Below, piece after piece: positions 26,767-35,883 of a stretch of DNA of 64,000 bases. This DNA is from Patescibacteria group bacterium (GTDB lineage Bacteria; Patescibacteriota; Patescibacteriia; UBA9934), in the NCBI GenBank assembly GCA_049296775.1, contig JBAQTB010000003.1:76766-140765 (forward strand), given 5' to 3'. Made by a program: the position numbers and the translations under genes. The first letter of the stretch is position 1; every line of letters begins with the position of its first letter. The notes under the pieces are model-generated. The model did not search any database and had not been told where the DNA came from. It saw only the letters and a program-made list of their open reading frames with translations.

Positions 26767-27846
26767 ATGCTAAAACGTCATTGGGATCGTCTTGGGCTGG
26801 ATAAGCGCTTGCGAGCCATTTACACCAAATACGAGCGTTTGTTTATCCCAGGTTTTTTGGTGGTGGGTTTTGTTTTTGACATTATCACTTTCCGCACGCT
26901 GCAGATTAATACCACCTTGCGACTCCTGTTTGTGTATGCGGTCGGTATCATTCTCATGATCGCGTATATCCACTTGTATGATGATAGGCCTAAGCCACCC
27001 AAGTCTGTAATTTTAAACTATCTACGCTTTCTAGCGAGTTTTGCCACGCAGATTGCTATGGGTGCGCTGCTCAGCTCGGCGTTGTTATTTTACTGGTTTA
27101 GTGGATCGTTTTCTGTGAGCTGGCCGTTGTTTGCTTTGACTACTGGTGTCATGGTTTCCAGCGAAATCTTTAGACGCATTTATCTCAAGCCCACGGTGCA
27201 GTTGGGCGTTTACAATTTCGCCTTGTTGTCTTACTTTTCTGTTTTATTACCTTTTGTCCTGCGTTCATTGAGTGGTTGGACCTTTATTTTGGCCGGCGTC
27301 ATGAGCACATTAGTGACTTTGTTGTTGGCTCTATTTTTGGCGCACTTTTCATCTAAGATCAGACCACTGCGTTCGAGTTTATTTGCTTCCATCATGAGCG
27401 TGTTTGCTCTCATGAGTGCGTTGTATGTGTTTAAGTTGATTCCACCGTTGCCACTGTCTATTACTGAGGCGGGCATTTATCACAATATTCAACGCCAAGC
27501 CGGGGAGTACATTTTGACTGGTGATGACGAGAACTTTTTCCAACGCTTAATTCCTGGGCAAAAAATCTACGCGAATTTGAACGAGAGTATTTACGCTTAC
27601 ACTGCGATTTTTGTACCGGCTGATTTGAGCACAGAAATTTATCATTTGTGGGAATACAAAGACCCACTCTCTGACAAGTGGGTCGACAGGAATCTTTTAC
27701 ATTTTAGTGCGCACGGTGGTCGCCAGCAGGGGTATCGTGGTTATACGACTAAGACCGGTTTAGCGCCGGGCCAATGGCGCGTTACGGTGCAGAATAGTCG
27801 TGGTCAGGTTTTGGGCCGGCTTAAATTCACTGTGGAGAGTCACTAA
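26767..27846 (+). CDS. Multi-pass membrane protein with C-terminal soluble domain
   Basis: 6-7 TM helices, then a roughly 120-aa hydrophilic C-terminal domain. Confidence 0.4.
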   Translation: MLKRHWDRLGLDKRLRAIYTKYERLFIPGFLVVGFVFDIITFRTLQINTTLRLLFVYAVGIILMIAYIHLYDDRPKPPKSVILNYLRFLASFATQIAMGALLSSALLFYWFSGSFSVSWPLFALTTGVMVSSEIFRRIYLKPTVQLGVYNFALLSYFSVLLPFVLRSLSGWTFILAGVMSTLVTLLLALFLAHFSSKIRPLRSSLFASIMSVFALMSALYVFKLIPPLPLSITEAGIYHNIQRQAGEYILTGDDENFFQRLIPGQKIYANLNESIYAYTAIFVPADLSTEIYHLWEYKDPLSDKWVDRNLLHFSAHGGRQQGYRGYTTKTGLAPGQWRVTVQNSRGQVLGRLKFTVESH

Positions 27847-28656
27847 TTAGCGACCAGAATATTTGCGGAATAAACTTGCCGCCAACGGCACGGTGATGGC
27901 TATGATGCCTAAGCACCACATGCTAGCTAACAGAGCGTGATTCCCGACTGGTTGACCGAGCATGAGGGCGCGGATAGCTTCAATGACATGGGTGACCGGT
28001 TGATTTTCTGCAAAGATTTTCAGCACTGGCGCCATGCTTTCAGTCGGAGCAAAGGCGGCACTGGCAAAGGTGAGGGGGAAGATCAACAAGAAACCCATCC
28101 ACTGCACGGCTTCCACACTTTTAGCTACTAAGCCAAGAATGGCCGAGACCCAAGAGATCGCTAGAGTAAAGAGCAGCATGATGCCGGCAATTAATAACCA
28201 GTCAGTTACGCTTGCACTTGGCCTAAAGCCAACAATCACTGCGACTGTTAGCAAGATGATGGAAGACAGGAAGTTGCGACCAAGATCCGCAATCACGTGA
28301 CCGACCATTAAGCCCCAGCTCGCAATCGGTAATGATTTGAGTCTATCGATCAGACCACGTTTCATGTCAGTAGCGACGGAGAGGGAGGTGGTGAGTGAGC
28401 CGAAAGCGGCCATCTGAACTAAAATTCCGGCGGTTAAGAAGTTGACGTAGCTGGTGCCGGTTTCAATGGCGCCACCAAACACGTAACGGAACAGCAACAT
28501 GAACATGACTGGCTGGACGCACAAGCCAATTAATTGCTCAGGATTTTTGAAGATATGTTTTAAGCTGCGGACGGTGAGGACGTAAGTGTCACTTAGCATC
28601 CAGTAGGCGCGCGAACGGTGTTGAGGCTGCATGGAGCCAGCAATATATTCAGACAT
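27847..28656 (-). CDS. ABC-2 type transporter permease
   Basis: 6 TM helices. Adjacent to the ATPase. Confidence 0.7.
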   Translation of the reverse strand: MSEYIAGSMQPQHRSRAYWMLSDTYVLTVRSLKHIFKNPEQLIGLCVQPVMFMLLFRYVFGGAIETGTSYVNFLTAGILVQMAAFGSLTTSLSVATDMKRGLIDRLKSLPIASWGLMVGHVIADLGRNFLSSIILLTVAVIVGFRPSASVTDWLLIAGIMLLFTLAISWVSAILGLVAKSVEAVQWMGFLLIFPLTFASAAFAPTESMAPVLKIFAENQPVTHVIEAIRALMLGQPVGNHALLASMWCLGIIAITVPLAASLFRKYSGR

Positions 28657-28657
28657 A

Positions 28658-29641
28658 TTATTTAGGATCTACTTCAACTTTAGCCTCAGCGTGGTGTCCG
28701 GTGAGCTGCATGAAAACATCGTCTAGGGTGGGTTTCTGCATGGACAAATTTTCAATCTCAATGTTTAGAGCTTGGAGTTTGTCTAGAATTTGTTTCACGT
28801 CAGTGACGCCGCCATCTAGCGCAATGCTGATAGTTCTAGCCGTAGCATCGGTCAGAGTCGACTCATTCCCAATCCCGGCGACCGCTTTTTCGAAATCGCC
28901 TTTGATGGTCAGGACGAGTCTTTCTTTACCGACCTTGTCTTTAAGCTCATCAGCCGTGCCCTCTGCAATGATTTTACCGCCATCAAGGACTGCGATACTG
29001 TCAGCTAGTTGATCGGCTTCATCAAGATATTGCGTGGTCAAGAGAATGGTCACATCGGCTTCCACGAGTTTCTTGATCACAGCCCACATGGCTAGGCGGC
29101 TACGTGGATCAAGACCGGTGGTGGGTTCATCTAAGTACAGAACTTGAGGGGTCGCAATCAGACTGGCAGCCAGATCTAAACGTCGACGCATACCGCCGGA
29201 GTATGTTTTGGTGGATCTGTTAGCCGCCTCTACCAAATCAAATTGCTCCAGGAGTTCATGTGCACGTTTAACGGAGTTAGCTGGTGACAAGTGATAAAGT
29301 CTGCCCATCATGACCAAGTTTTCGTAACCAGTCAGAAATTCATCTACGGCGGCGTATTGGCCAGTGAGACCAATGTTGGAACGGACTTCATGACCTTGAG
29401 TAACCACGTCATAGCCGTTGACGCGCACAGTACCGCTATCGGGCTTGAGTAAAGTACTTAAAATTCTGACCGTAGTCGTCTTGCCGGCACCGTTAGGGCC
29501 CAGTAGGGCCAGCATGGTGCCGCGCTTAACTTTAAGATTCAAACCATCTAGAACTTTTATGTTCTTATATGATTTAGTTAAGTTTTCAATGGTAATTGCG
29601 TATTCGTCATTTATTTGAGAGGCCATAGTGGCCAAGATCAT
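28658..29641 (-). CDS. ABC transporter ATP-binding protein (DrrA-like)
   Basis: Walker A GPNGAGKTT, signature YSGGMRRR, Walker B LYLDEPTTGLD. Confidence 0.85.
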   Translation of the reverse strand: MILATMASQINDEYAITIENLTKSYKNIKVLDGLNLKVKRGTMLALLGPNGAGKTTTVRILSTLLKPDSGTVRVNGYDVVTQGHEVRSNIGLTGQYAAVDEFLTGYENLVMMGRLYHLSPANSVKRAHELLEQFDLVEAANRSTKTYSGGMRRRLDLAASLIATPQVLYLDEPTTGLDPRSRLAMWAVIKKLVEADVTILLTTQYLDEADQLADSIAVLDGGKIIAEGTADELKDKVGKERLVLTIKGDFEKAVAGIGNESTLTDATARTISIALDGGVTDVKQILDKLQALNIEIENLSMQKPTLDDVFMQLTGHHAEAKVEVDPK

Positions 29642-29672
29642 GCCTGAGTTTTATGGCTTTGTAAAGCGGAAT

Positions 29673-29921
29673 TTAGGCCGTGAGTATCAGTACTTCCTTG
29701 TCTGCTTTACGGAGTTTTTTGATAGCCGCCTCTCTTTTGCGGGCTTGTTGAGCAGTTTTAAGCTCTTCAAAATAGACCAAATTGACGGGTCTGAAGGCAC
29801 GAGTGTATTTGGCGCCGGTACCGGCATTATGTTTATTGACGCGCTTTTCAAGATCGTTGGTGAGGCCCGTGTACAGGCTACCATTGCGACATCTGAGGAT
29901 ATACACAAACCATCGGGACAT
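29673..29921 (-). CDS. GIY-YIG nuclease family protein (YhbQ-like)
   Basis: FVYILRCRNGSLYTGLTNDLEKRVNKH. Confidence 0.7.
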   Translation of the reverse strand: MSRWFVYILRCRNGSLYTGLTNDLEKRVNKHNAGTGAKYTRAFRPVNLVYFEELKTAQQARKREAAIKKLRKADKEVLILTA

Positions 29922-29922
29922 A

Positions 29923-31647
29923 ATGTTCGCATATTATCATGAGCTCGGTTACACTGAGCGCGGTATGACTCAGTTAGAAGCTTTGGCGATTTTAAAAACG
30001 GGGGTAAATATTTTCCTAACGGGTGAACCTGGAGCTGGAAAATCTTACACCATTCGGCAGTACGTGAATTTTTTGCGTTCGAGCGCGATCGATCCGGCTA
30101 TCACCGCCTCCACCGGCATTGCCGCGACTCACATTGGTGGTATGACTCTGCATTCCTGGAGTGGGATTGGGATTAGTAAATCCATGAACGCGGGGGAGCT
30201 TAAGGAATTGGCGAATAAGGATCGATTGGCTAAGCGCATCAAGGCCACGCAAGTTTTGATCATTGATGAGATCTCGATGTTCGAAGGTCAGACTTTGAAT
30301 TTGGTCGATGCTGTGTGCAAGGTCATTAAGCAAAATGAAGAACCGTTCGGTGGCATGCAGATAATTTTCGTGGGTGACTTTTTCCAGTTGCCACCTGTCA
30401 GTCGGTCTGGTGACCCAACGCCACAATTTGCTTTTTCATCCGCGGCTTGGTTGGCGGCTGATCCGGTGATCTGTTATTTGTCAGAACAGCATCGTCAGGA
30501 GGACGAAACGTTTTTGGAGATTTTATCTGCCTTGCGCCGGGGCACCATTAATGACGATCACAAGGCCTTATTGAGTAGTCGCCAGGCCACGTTTGTAGAT
30601 GACAGTTTCTCTGAGATGACCAAATTATATTCGCACAATGTAGACGTGGACCGCATGAATACACAGGCTTTAGCGCAGTTAGATACTGACCCTAGGACTT
30701 ACAGAATGCATGCGTACGGGGCACCACCACTTATTGATCAGCTTAAGCGCGGCTGTTTGTCTCCGGAATTGTTAGAGTTAAAACTTGGGGCCAGAGTCAT
30801 GTTTACTAAGAACAGTTCAGACGGGAGTTATGTGAATGGCACAACCGGAGAGGTGAGTGCTTTTTCCAAAGAGAACGGTTACCCGATAGTGAAGTTACGC
30901 TCTGGCCGGCAAGTTGAGGCTGCCACTACGGAATGGAAGATTGAAGCTGAGGGTAAGAGCGTAGCGGCGATTGTGCAGATTCCGCTGCGCTTAGCTTGGG
31001 CGATGACGGTGCACAAGAGTCAGGGTATGTCCTTGGACGCGGCGTTGATCGACCTGTCTAGTGCTTTTGCCTATGGCCAGGGTTATGTAGCGTTGTCGCG
31101 GGTGCGGTCTTTGAGCGGGTTGCATTTAAAAGGTTTGAACCAACGGGCGTTAGAAGTGGATCCTACCGTGTTAGCACAGGATGAAACGTTCAGGCAGCGG
31201 TCACTAGAGGCGCGTGATACTTTGGCGGCTTTAACGGAGGAGCATTTAAAAAAGGCGCATGAGGAGTTTATTGTGACGCGTGGTGGGTCGTTAAGTGGGG
31301 GAGGCTTTGTGGGCAGGCCAAAAGCCGTCCAGAAAAAAGCGAAGCGTTACGAGCAGACTTTAGCGCTCGTAGTCGGTGGTATGACGATCGCCGAAGCTGC
31401 GAATGAGAGGAGTAGGACTGAGTTCACGATTTTTGAGCACTTGGAAGAGTTGCGTGATCTCAAAGTTTTACCGTTAGACAAGTTGGGGCATTTGATCGCC
31501 GGCAAAGAGGATGATGTGAAATTGATTCAGGCTAAATTCAAGCAGTTGGACACTCAATTGCTGAAACCAGTTCATGAGCATTTCAAGGGTGAGCATAGTT
31601 ACGACGTCATTCGTTTAGCGCGCTTATTCATTCCAGTGAATCACTAG
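29923..31647 (+). CDS. PIF1/RecD-like SF1 DNA helicase (alternative start ATG at about 29965)
   Basis: Walker A TGEPGAGKS and Walker B LIIDEISM. The motif AMTVHKSQGMSLD is PIF1/RecD-specific. Confidence 0.75.
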   Translation: MFAYYHELGYTERGMTQLEALAILKTGVNIFLTGEPGAGKSYTIRQYVNFLRSSAIDPAITASTGIAATHIGGMTLHSWSGIGISKSMNAGELKELANKDRLAKRIKATQVLIIDEISMFEGQTLNLVDAVCKVIKQNEEPFGGMQIIFVGDFFQLPPVSRSGDPTPQFAFSSAAWLAADPVICYLSEQHRQEDETFLEILSALRRGTINDDHKALLSSRQATFVDDSFSEMTKLYSHNVDVDRMNTQALAQLDTDPRTYRMHAYGAPPLIDQLKRGCLSPELLELKLGARVMFTKNSSDGSYVNGTTGEVSAFSKENGYPIVKLRSGRQVEAATTEWKIEAEGKSVAAIVQIPLRLAWAMTVHKSQGMSLDAALIDLSSAFAYGQGYVALSRVRSLSGLHLKGLNQRALEVDPTVLAQDETFRQRSLEARDTLAALTEEHLKKAHEEFIVTRGGSLSGGGFVGRPKAVQKKAKRYEQTLALVVGGMTIAEAANERSRTEFTIFEHLEELRDLKVLPLDKLGHLIAGKEDDVKLIQAKFKQLDTQLLKPVHEHFKGEHSYDVIRLARLFIPVNH

Positions 31648-31683
31648 CTTTAATCTTTCATCCTTCCTTTTTAATCTCTAATC
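31647..31683 (+). promoter_or_regulatory. CT-rich TTAATCT direct-repeat core motif, copy C
   Basis: gctttaatctttcatccttcctttttaatctctaatc, 47 nt upstream of the ABC-F gene. Confidence 0.45.
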
Positions 31684-31729
31684 CGTGTCATTGCTTAATT
31701 ATCCCAATTAGGCTAGACTACTGGCCATT

Positions 31730-33187
31730 ATGGATCAAGGTGATGTCATTATTCGATTTGAGCAGGTATCCTTTGGCTACGATGCTGAAAATCTCGTCTT
31801 GGACGCGGCTGATTTTTCTGTCCGGGAAGACACTAAAATGACGATCATGGGTCAGAACGGTGCTGGAAAAAGCACCATTCTGAAGTTGCTGACGGGCGCT
31901 TTAAAACCTGACCGTGGTCAGATTCACGTTAAGGCCGGGTCTAGAATTGCTATTGCCACTCAGGTTATGGCGCCGGAGCACAAGACTAGGACTATTGCTG
32001 AGTTTTTCGCGACCGCTTTTGAGGAGACCCGTCATGATTTGCCTAAGCTGATTACTGACGTGTTAGAGACGGTGAATTTGCAAACTGTTTTAGACAAGAA
32101 GATCGAGGATTTTTCTGGTGGGCAACAGGCGAGATTATTGTTGGCCTATGCCTTGATCCAGGAGCCAGACATTTTGCTTTTAGATGAGCCGACTAACAAC
32201 CTGGATGCTGATGGCATTGCGCACCTGACTGGTTTTTTGATCATGTATCCAAAAACTGTCTTGGTGATTTCTCACGACGCCGATTTCTTGAATACTTTTA
32301 CTGAGGGTGTGTTGCACTTGGATGTTTACACCGGCAAGGTCGATAAGTATGACGGTAACTATTTTGACGTAGTAGAAGAAATTACGGCGCGTTTAGAGCG
32401 TGATCGCATGAAGAATGCCCGGTTGTTGAAAGAGATTCAGGATAGAAAGGACAAGATCAACTTCTTTGCCCACAAGGGCGGTAAGATGCGTAAGTTGGCT
32501 AGCAAGCTCCGCGATCAGGTAGAAGACGCTGAAGAAAACATGGTTGAAGTGCGCCGGGATGACCGGACAATTCGTGATTTTGAAATTCCAGCGCAGCCGT
32601 GGCATGACAATGTGGTCACTATCAACTCCTTCAAGATCGTGAAAAATCATGAGGCAGAAAGAGTTGAGGCTAAGATCTTTTTACGTAAAGGTCAGCGGTT
32701 GTTGATCTCCGGACCAAACGGTATTGGTAAGAGTACCTTTTTGCGCTCCTTGGCTGAGGGTAAAGACGAAGGCGCAGCGATCGCTAAAAACGTGTCCGTT
32801 GGTTATTACCGCCAGGATTTTTCCGGTTTAGATTTCCAGAAGTCAGCCTATGACTCATTAGCTGAGATGATGTCGGTGCCGGATAACCAAGTTATTAGAG
32901 CCGTAGGTGCCCATTTCTTATTGAATGGCGATGCCTTGGCGACCCGGGTGGGAGCTTTGTCTGAAGGTCAAAAAGGTTTGTTGTGTTTTGCTAGATTCGT
33001 CTTGCAGAAGCCGGGCTTGCTGATTTTGGATGAGCCGACTAACCACATTAACTTCCGTCATTTGCCGGTTATCGCCAAGGCGCTTGAGAAGTACGAAGGT
33101 ACAATGATCGTGGTTAGTCACGTCCCAGACTTTGTGAGTCAGATTAATTTCCCGCAAGAGTTGGATTTGGGTAAGTATTTGAAGTAA
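31730..33187 (+). CDS. ABC-F family ATPase (tandem ABC domains, no TMD)
   Basis: Two Walker A motifs (GQNGAGKST, GPNGIGKST) and two signature motifs. Confidence 0.8.
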   Translation: MDQGDVIIRFEQVSFGYDAENLVLDAADFSVREDTKMTIMGQNGAGKSTILKLLTGALKPDRGQIHVKAGSRIAIATQVMAPEHKTRTIAEFFATAFEETRHDLPKLITDVLETVNLQTVLDKKIEDFSGGQQARLLLAYALIQEPDILLLDEPTNNLDADGIAHLTGFLIMYPKTVLVISHDADFLNTFTEGVLHLDVYTGKVDKYDGNYFDVVEEITARLERDRMKNARLLKEIQDRKDKINFFAHKGGKMRKLASKLRDQVEDAEENMVEVRRDDRTIRDFEIPAQPWHDNVVTINSFKIVKNHEAERVEAKIFLRKGQRLLISGPNGIGKSTFLRSLAEGKDEGAAIAKNVSVGYYRQDFSGLDFQKSAYDSLAEMMSVPDNQVIRAVGAHFLLNGDALATRVGALSEGQKGLLCFARFVLQKPGLLILDEPTNHINFRHLPVIAKALEKYEGTMIVVSHVPDFVSQINFPQELDLGKYLK

Positions 33188-33247
33188 TTAATGAGACTGG
33201 GGATAGAAGGTGTAGTAGCTGATTTTTTTGTGTTACAAAGTTAGCCT

Positions 33248-33706
33248 ATGCCTCATATCCATGATTTGATCGATTTCTGCGTTAACGCTGTGATCGTGTG
33301 TGATGACAAGGTTTTACTCGTCGACCACAAGAAATTACACACTTGGATGCCCGTTGGCGGGCATATTGAGCTGGACGAAGATCCTGACCAAGCTTTACTT
33401 AGAGAGGTGCGGGAGGAATGTGGCTTGGAGATTGAGGTTGTAGCAGATAAGGCTCAAGTTGAAGGGTCAGATGTTAAATTTTTGTATCGACCTCAATTTG
33501 TTGATATTCACCAAGTGAATGAAGCTCATAGGCATGTTGGCTTTGTGTATTTTTGTAAGAGTAAGACGCAAGCAGTAACGCTTGCGGCGGATGAACATAA
33601 TGCGATTCGTTGGTTTACATTGGCAGAGTTAGCCGACCCACAATTTGCGATTTTGCCCAGTATTAGACATTACGCTGAGCAAGCATTATTGAAGTTTAGG
33701 TTGTAA
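33248..33706 (+). CDS. NUDIX hydrolase
   Basis: Nudix box GGHIELDEDPDQALLREVREECGLE. Confidence 0.7.
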   Translation: MPHIHDLIDFCVNAVIVCDDKVLLVDHKKLHTWMPVGGHIELDEDPDQALLREVREECGLEIEVVADKAQVEGSDVKFLYRPQFVDIHQVNEAHRHVGFVYFCKSKTQAVTLAADEHNAIRWFTLAELADPQFAILPSIRHYAEQALLKFRL

Positions 33707-33734
33707 GAAAGTGGGATTTGAGGCGTAATACTAA

Positions 33735-34292
33735 GTGCCTATGGATTCCGGTTTGACGGATGAGGATTTGGTGTTACAGGCACTTAAGCACAAAGAAGCA
33801 TTTCGTGGCTTGGTTGAGAGGTATCAGCACAAGCTCATGAGATATATTTTTAGAATTGGTGGCAAAGATGCGAGTGAGGACTTGTTGCAGGAGGTTTTTA
33901 TTAATGTTTATCAAAACTTAGCAGGCTTTGATAGAAGCTTGTCTTTTTCGGCCTGGATATATCGGATTACCCATAATGTGGTAATCAGTTATTATCGTAA
34001 GCAGAAAGTGCGACCAGAGGGGAATCTGCACCAAGACGGGGAGGAGATCTTGGCCAGAGTCTACGGCGAGGATGACGTGGAGCGGGCAGCGGATCTGCAG
34101 CTAGATACGGAGCGCTTGAATGAGGTGCTTAAAAAGTTGAAGCCACTTTACAGAGATGTCCTGGTGCTGCGCTACTTTGAACAGCTAGAGTACCAGGAGA
34201 TCTCTGACGTGTTGCGGATACCTATGGGGTCAGTAGCGGTGTACTTGCATAGAGCCAAGAAGCAACTCAAGGACTTGTATGACAAACGATAA
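33735..34292 (+). CDS. ECF-type RNA polymerase sigma factor (sigma-70 regions 2 and 4)
   Basis: Region 2 WIYRITHNVVISYYRK and region 4 LRYFEQLEYQEISDVL...VAVYLHRAKKQL. Confidence 0.75.
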   Translation: MPMDSGLTDEDLVLQALKHKEAFRGLVERYQHKLMRYIFRIGGKDASEDLLQEVFINVYQNLAGFDRSLSFSAWIYRITHNVVISYYRKQKVRPEGNLHQDGEEILARVYGEDDVERAADLQLDTERLNEVLKKLKPLYRDVLVLRYFEQLEYQEISDVLRIPMGSVAVYLHRAKKQLKDLYDKR

Positions 34293-35124
34293 GTCAACAT
34301 CTGAATCAAAAATCGACTTTGTAGCCAACGTGATGCAAAGAATCGAGTCAGAAAAAATCCAGACTAAGAGTCGGGTCTGGTTTATTTTGCATGATTTGGG
34401 TTTTTGGAGCTTATGGTTTCTCTCGGCCTTGATTGGCGCTTTCGCGTTATCGGCCACCGTGTTTGTGATTCAAAGTAGCAGTTGGCGCTGGTACTTGGTG
34501 ACTCATGATTCATTTCTAGATTACGCCACGGACGTCATGCCGTACGTGTGGTTGGTATTGTTTGGCCTCATGTGTGTGATTGCGTATGTGAATTTGCGGC
34601 ATACGCCTAAGGGGTATAAATATTCGTTTTTAGGACTAATCGTTTTGAATCTGGGCGTGACGGTGCTGTTGGCAGGTTTATTGACGGCGGCGGGTTTGGG
34701 TAAATTTGTGGATGAGCAGGTCGGTAAACATATTCCGTTATATTCTTCGATCTCTAAAAAGCAGGAACTGGAATGGTTTAAGCCGAGTCAAGGACTGTTG
34801 ATTGGAGAAGTGGCTGCCCTGGAACAGACACAAATGATCTTTATCCTGACAGCACCAGATGCATCTGAGTTAGTGATTGACGGTCACTTATTGTCAGAGG
34901 GTGAATGGCGGTTGTTGGAGGTCGAAAAAGTTCGGGTGCGGGTCATTGGTGTACCTAAAGAGTCAGCCCCGTTTGTGGCGTGTGTGGTCTTGCCAGTGTT
35001 GCCGCCAGGCATTAGCCCAGCCTTGGCTAGACAGCCGATTGAAAGAAACTTTATGGAGCTGCGTAATACTGAGTGTAAGGGCGTACAACCTTACGACCGT
35101 TTTGATCAGCTTAAACATTGGTAA
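34279..35124 (+). CDS. Putative membrane anti-sigma factor
   Basis: Overlaps the sigma gene by 14 nt. A cytoplasmic N-terminus, then 4 TM helices. Confidence 0.4.
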   Translation: MTNDKSTSESKIDFVANVMQRIESEKIQTKSRVWFILHDLGFWSLWFLSALIGAFALSATVFVIQSSSWRWYLVTHDSFLDYATDVMPYVWLVLFGLMCVIAYVNLRHTPKGYKYSFLGLIVLNLGVTVLLAGLLTAAGLGKFVDEQVGKHIPLYSSISKKQELEWFKPSQGLLIGEVAALEQTQMIFILTAPDASELVIDGHLLSEGEWRLLEVEKVRVRVIGVPKESAPFVACVVLPVLPPGISPALARQPIERNFMELRNTECKGVQPYDRFDQLKHW

Positions 35125-35127
35125 GCT

Positions 35128-35754
35128 ATGAAAAAGACTTTATTGGCCCTGCCGGCTCTAGCGATTTTACTTGGAGTTGGTGGCGCGGGGACTGCCTACG
35201 CACACGGATTAGCGGGGGAGGGTTTGACAGAGGAGCAGCAGGCTTCGTATGAGACTTTGAAAGAGCTCATGCATGACGGTAAAATTGAAGAGGCTAAAGC
35301 TTTTGCAGCTGAGGCTGGTTTGCCCAATCTTAAGCACGGCAAACGTTTACGTTTAGACCCAGAGAAGCAAGAGGCCATACAAGCCGCCTTAGACGCCGCC
35401 GACTATTCAGCCTTTGCGGAGTTAACAGCTGAAGCGCCGTTTGCAGATGAATTGACTCCAGAGAATTTCTCTCGCTTAGTTGAGGCTCACACCTTGATGG
35501 AGGCTGGGGACATGGAAGGAGCCAGGGCTATTTTAGACGAGGTCGGTGTGCGCTTGCCTATGGTTGGTGGTCAGGAGATGAAACGTGGTTTCAATCAGGG
35601 CACCGGACACTGGCAACGTGAGTTAACTGATGAACAACAAGATTTACTCGATCAGGCTAAGAAGCTGCACCAAAGTGGTGATGAAGAGGGTGCCCGCGCG
35701 ATTATAGAAGAATTAGATCTGCCACATCCACCAGCGCCAAGATTCGAGCGCTAA
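35128..35754 (+). CDS. Secreted protein with internal GxxEGARAI-type repeats
   Basis: Has a signal peptide. Starts 4 nt after the anti-sigma gene. Terminator at 35757..35795 (aatcacccgggttatcccgggtgatt). Confidence 0.4.
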   Translation: MKKTLLALPALAILLGVGGAGTAYAHGLAGEGLTEEQQASYETLKELMHDGKIEEAKAFAAEAGLPNLKHGKRLRLDPEKQEAIQAALDAADYSAFAELTAEAPFADELTPENFSRLVEAHTLMEAGDMEGARAILDEVGVRLPMVGGQEMKRGFNQGTGHWQRELTDEQQDLLDQAKKLHQSGDEEGARAIIEELDLPHPPAPRFER

Positions 35755-35756
35755 AC

Positions 35757-35795
35757 AAAAAATCACCCGGGTTATCCCGGGTGATTTTAGTTTAG
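35757..35795 (+). terminator. Rho-independent terminator
   Basis: Perfect 10-bp stem followed by a T-rich tail. Confidence 0.7.
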
Positions 35796-35883
35796 GCCCG
35801 TAGGGGATAACGTGATTTTGAATACGTAGGGCTTGGAGTAAACTACGATAAAGTTTCTTTTTTGTAATTCCTTCTGTATAGCT

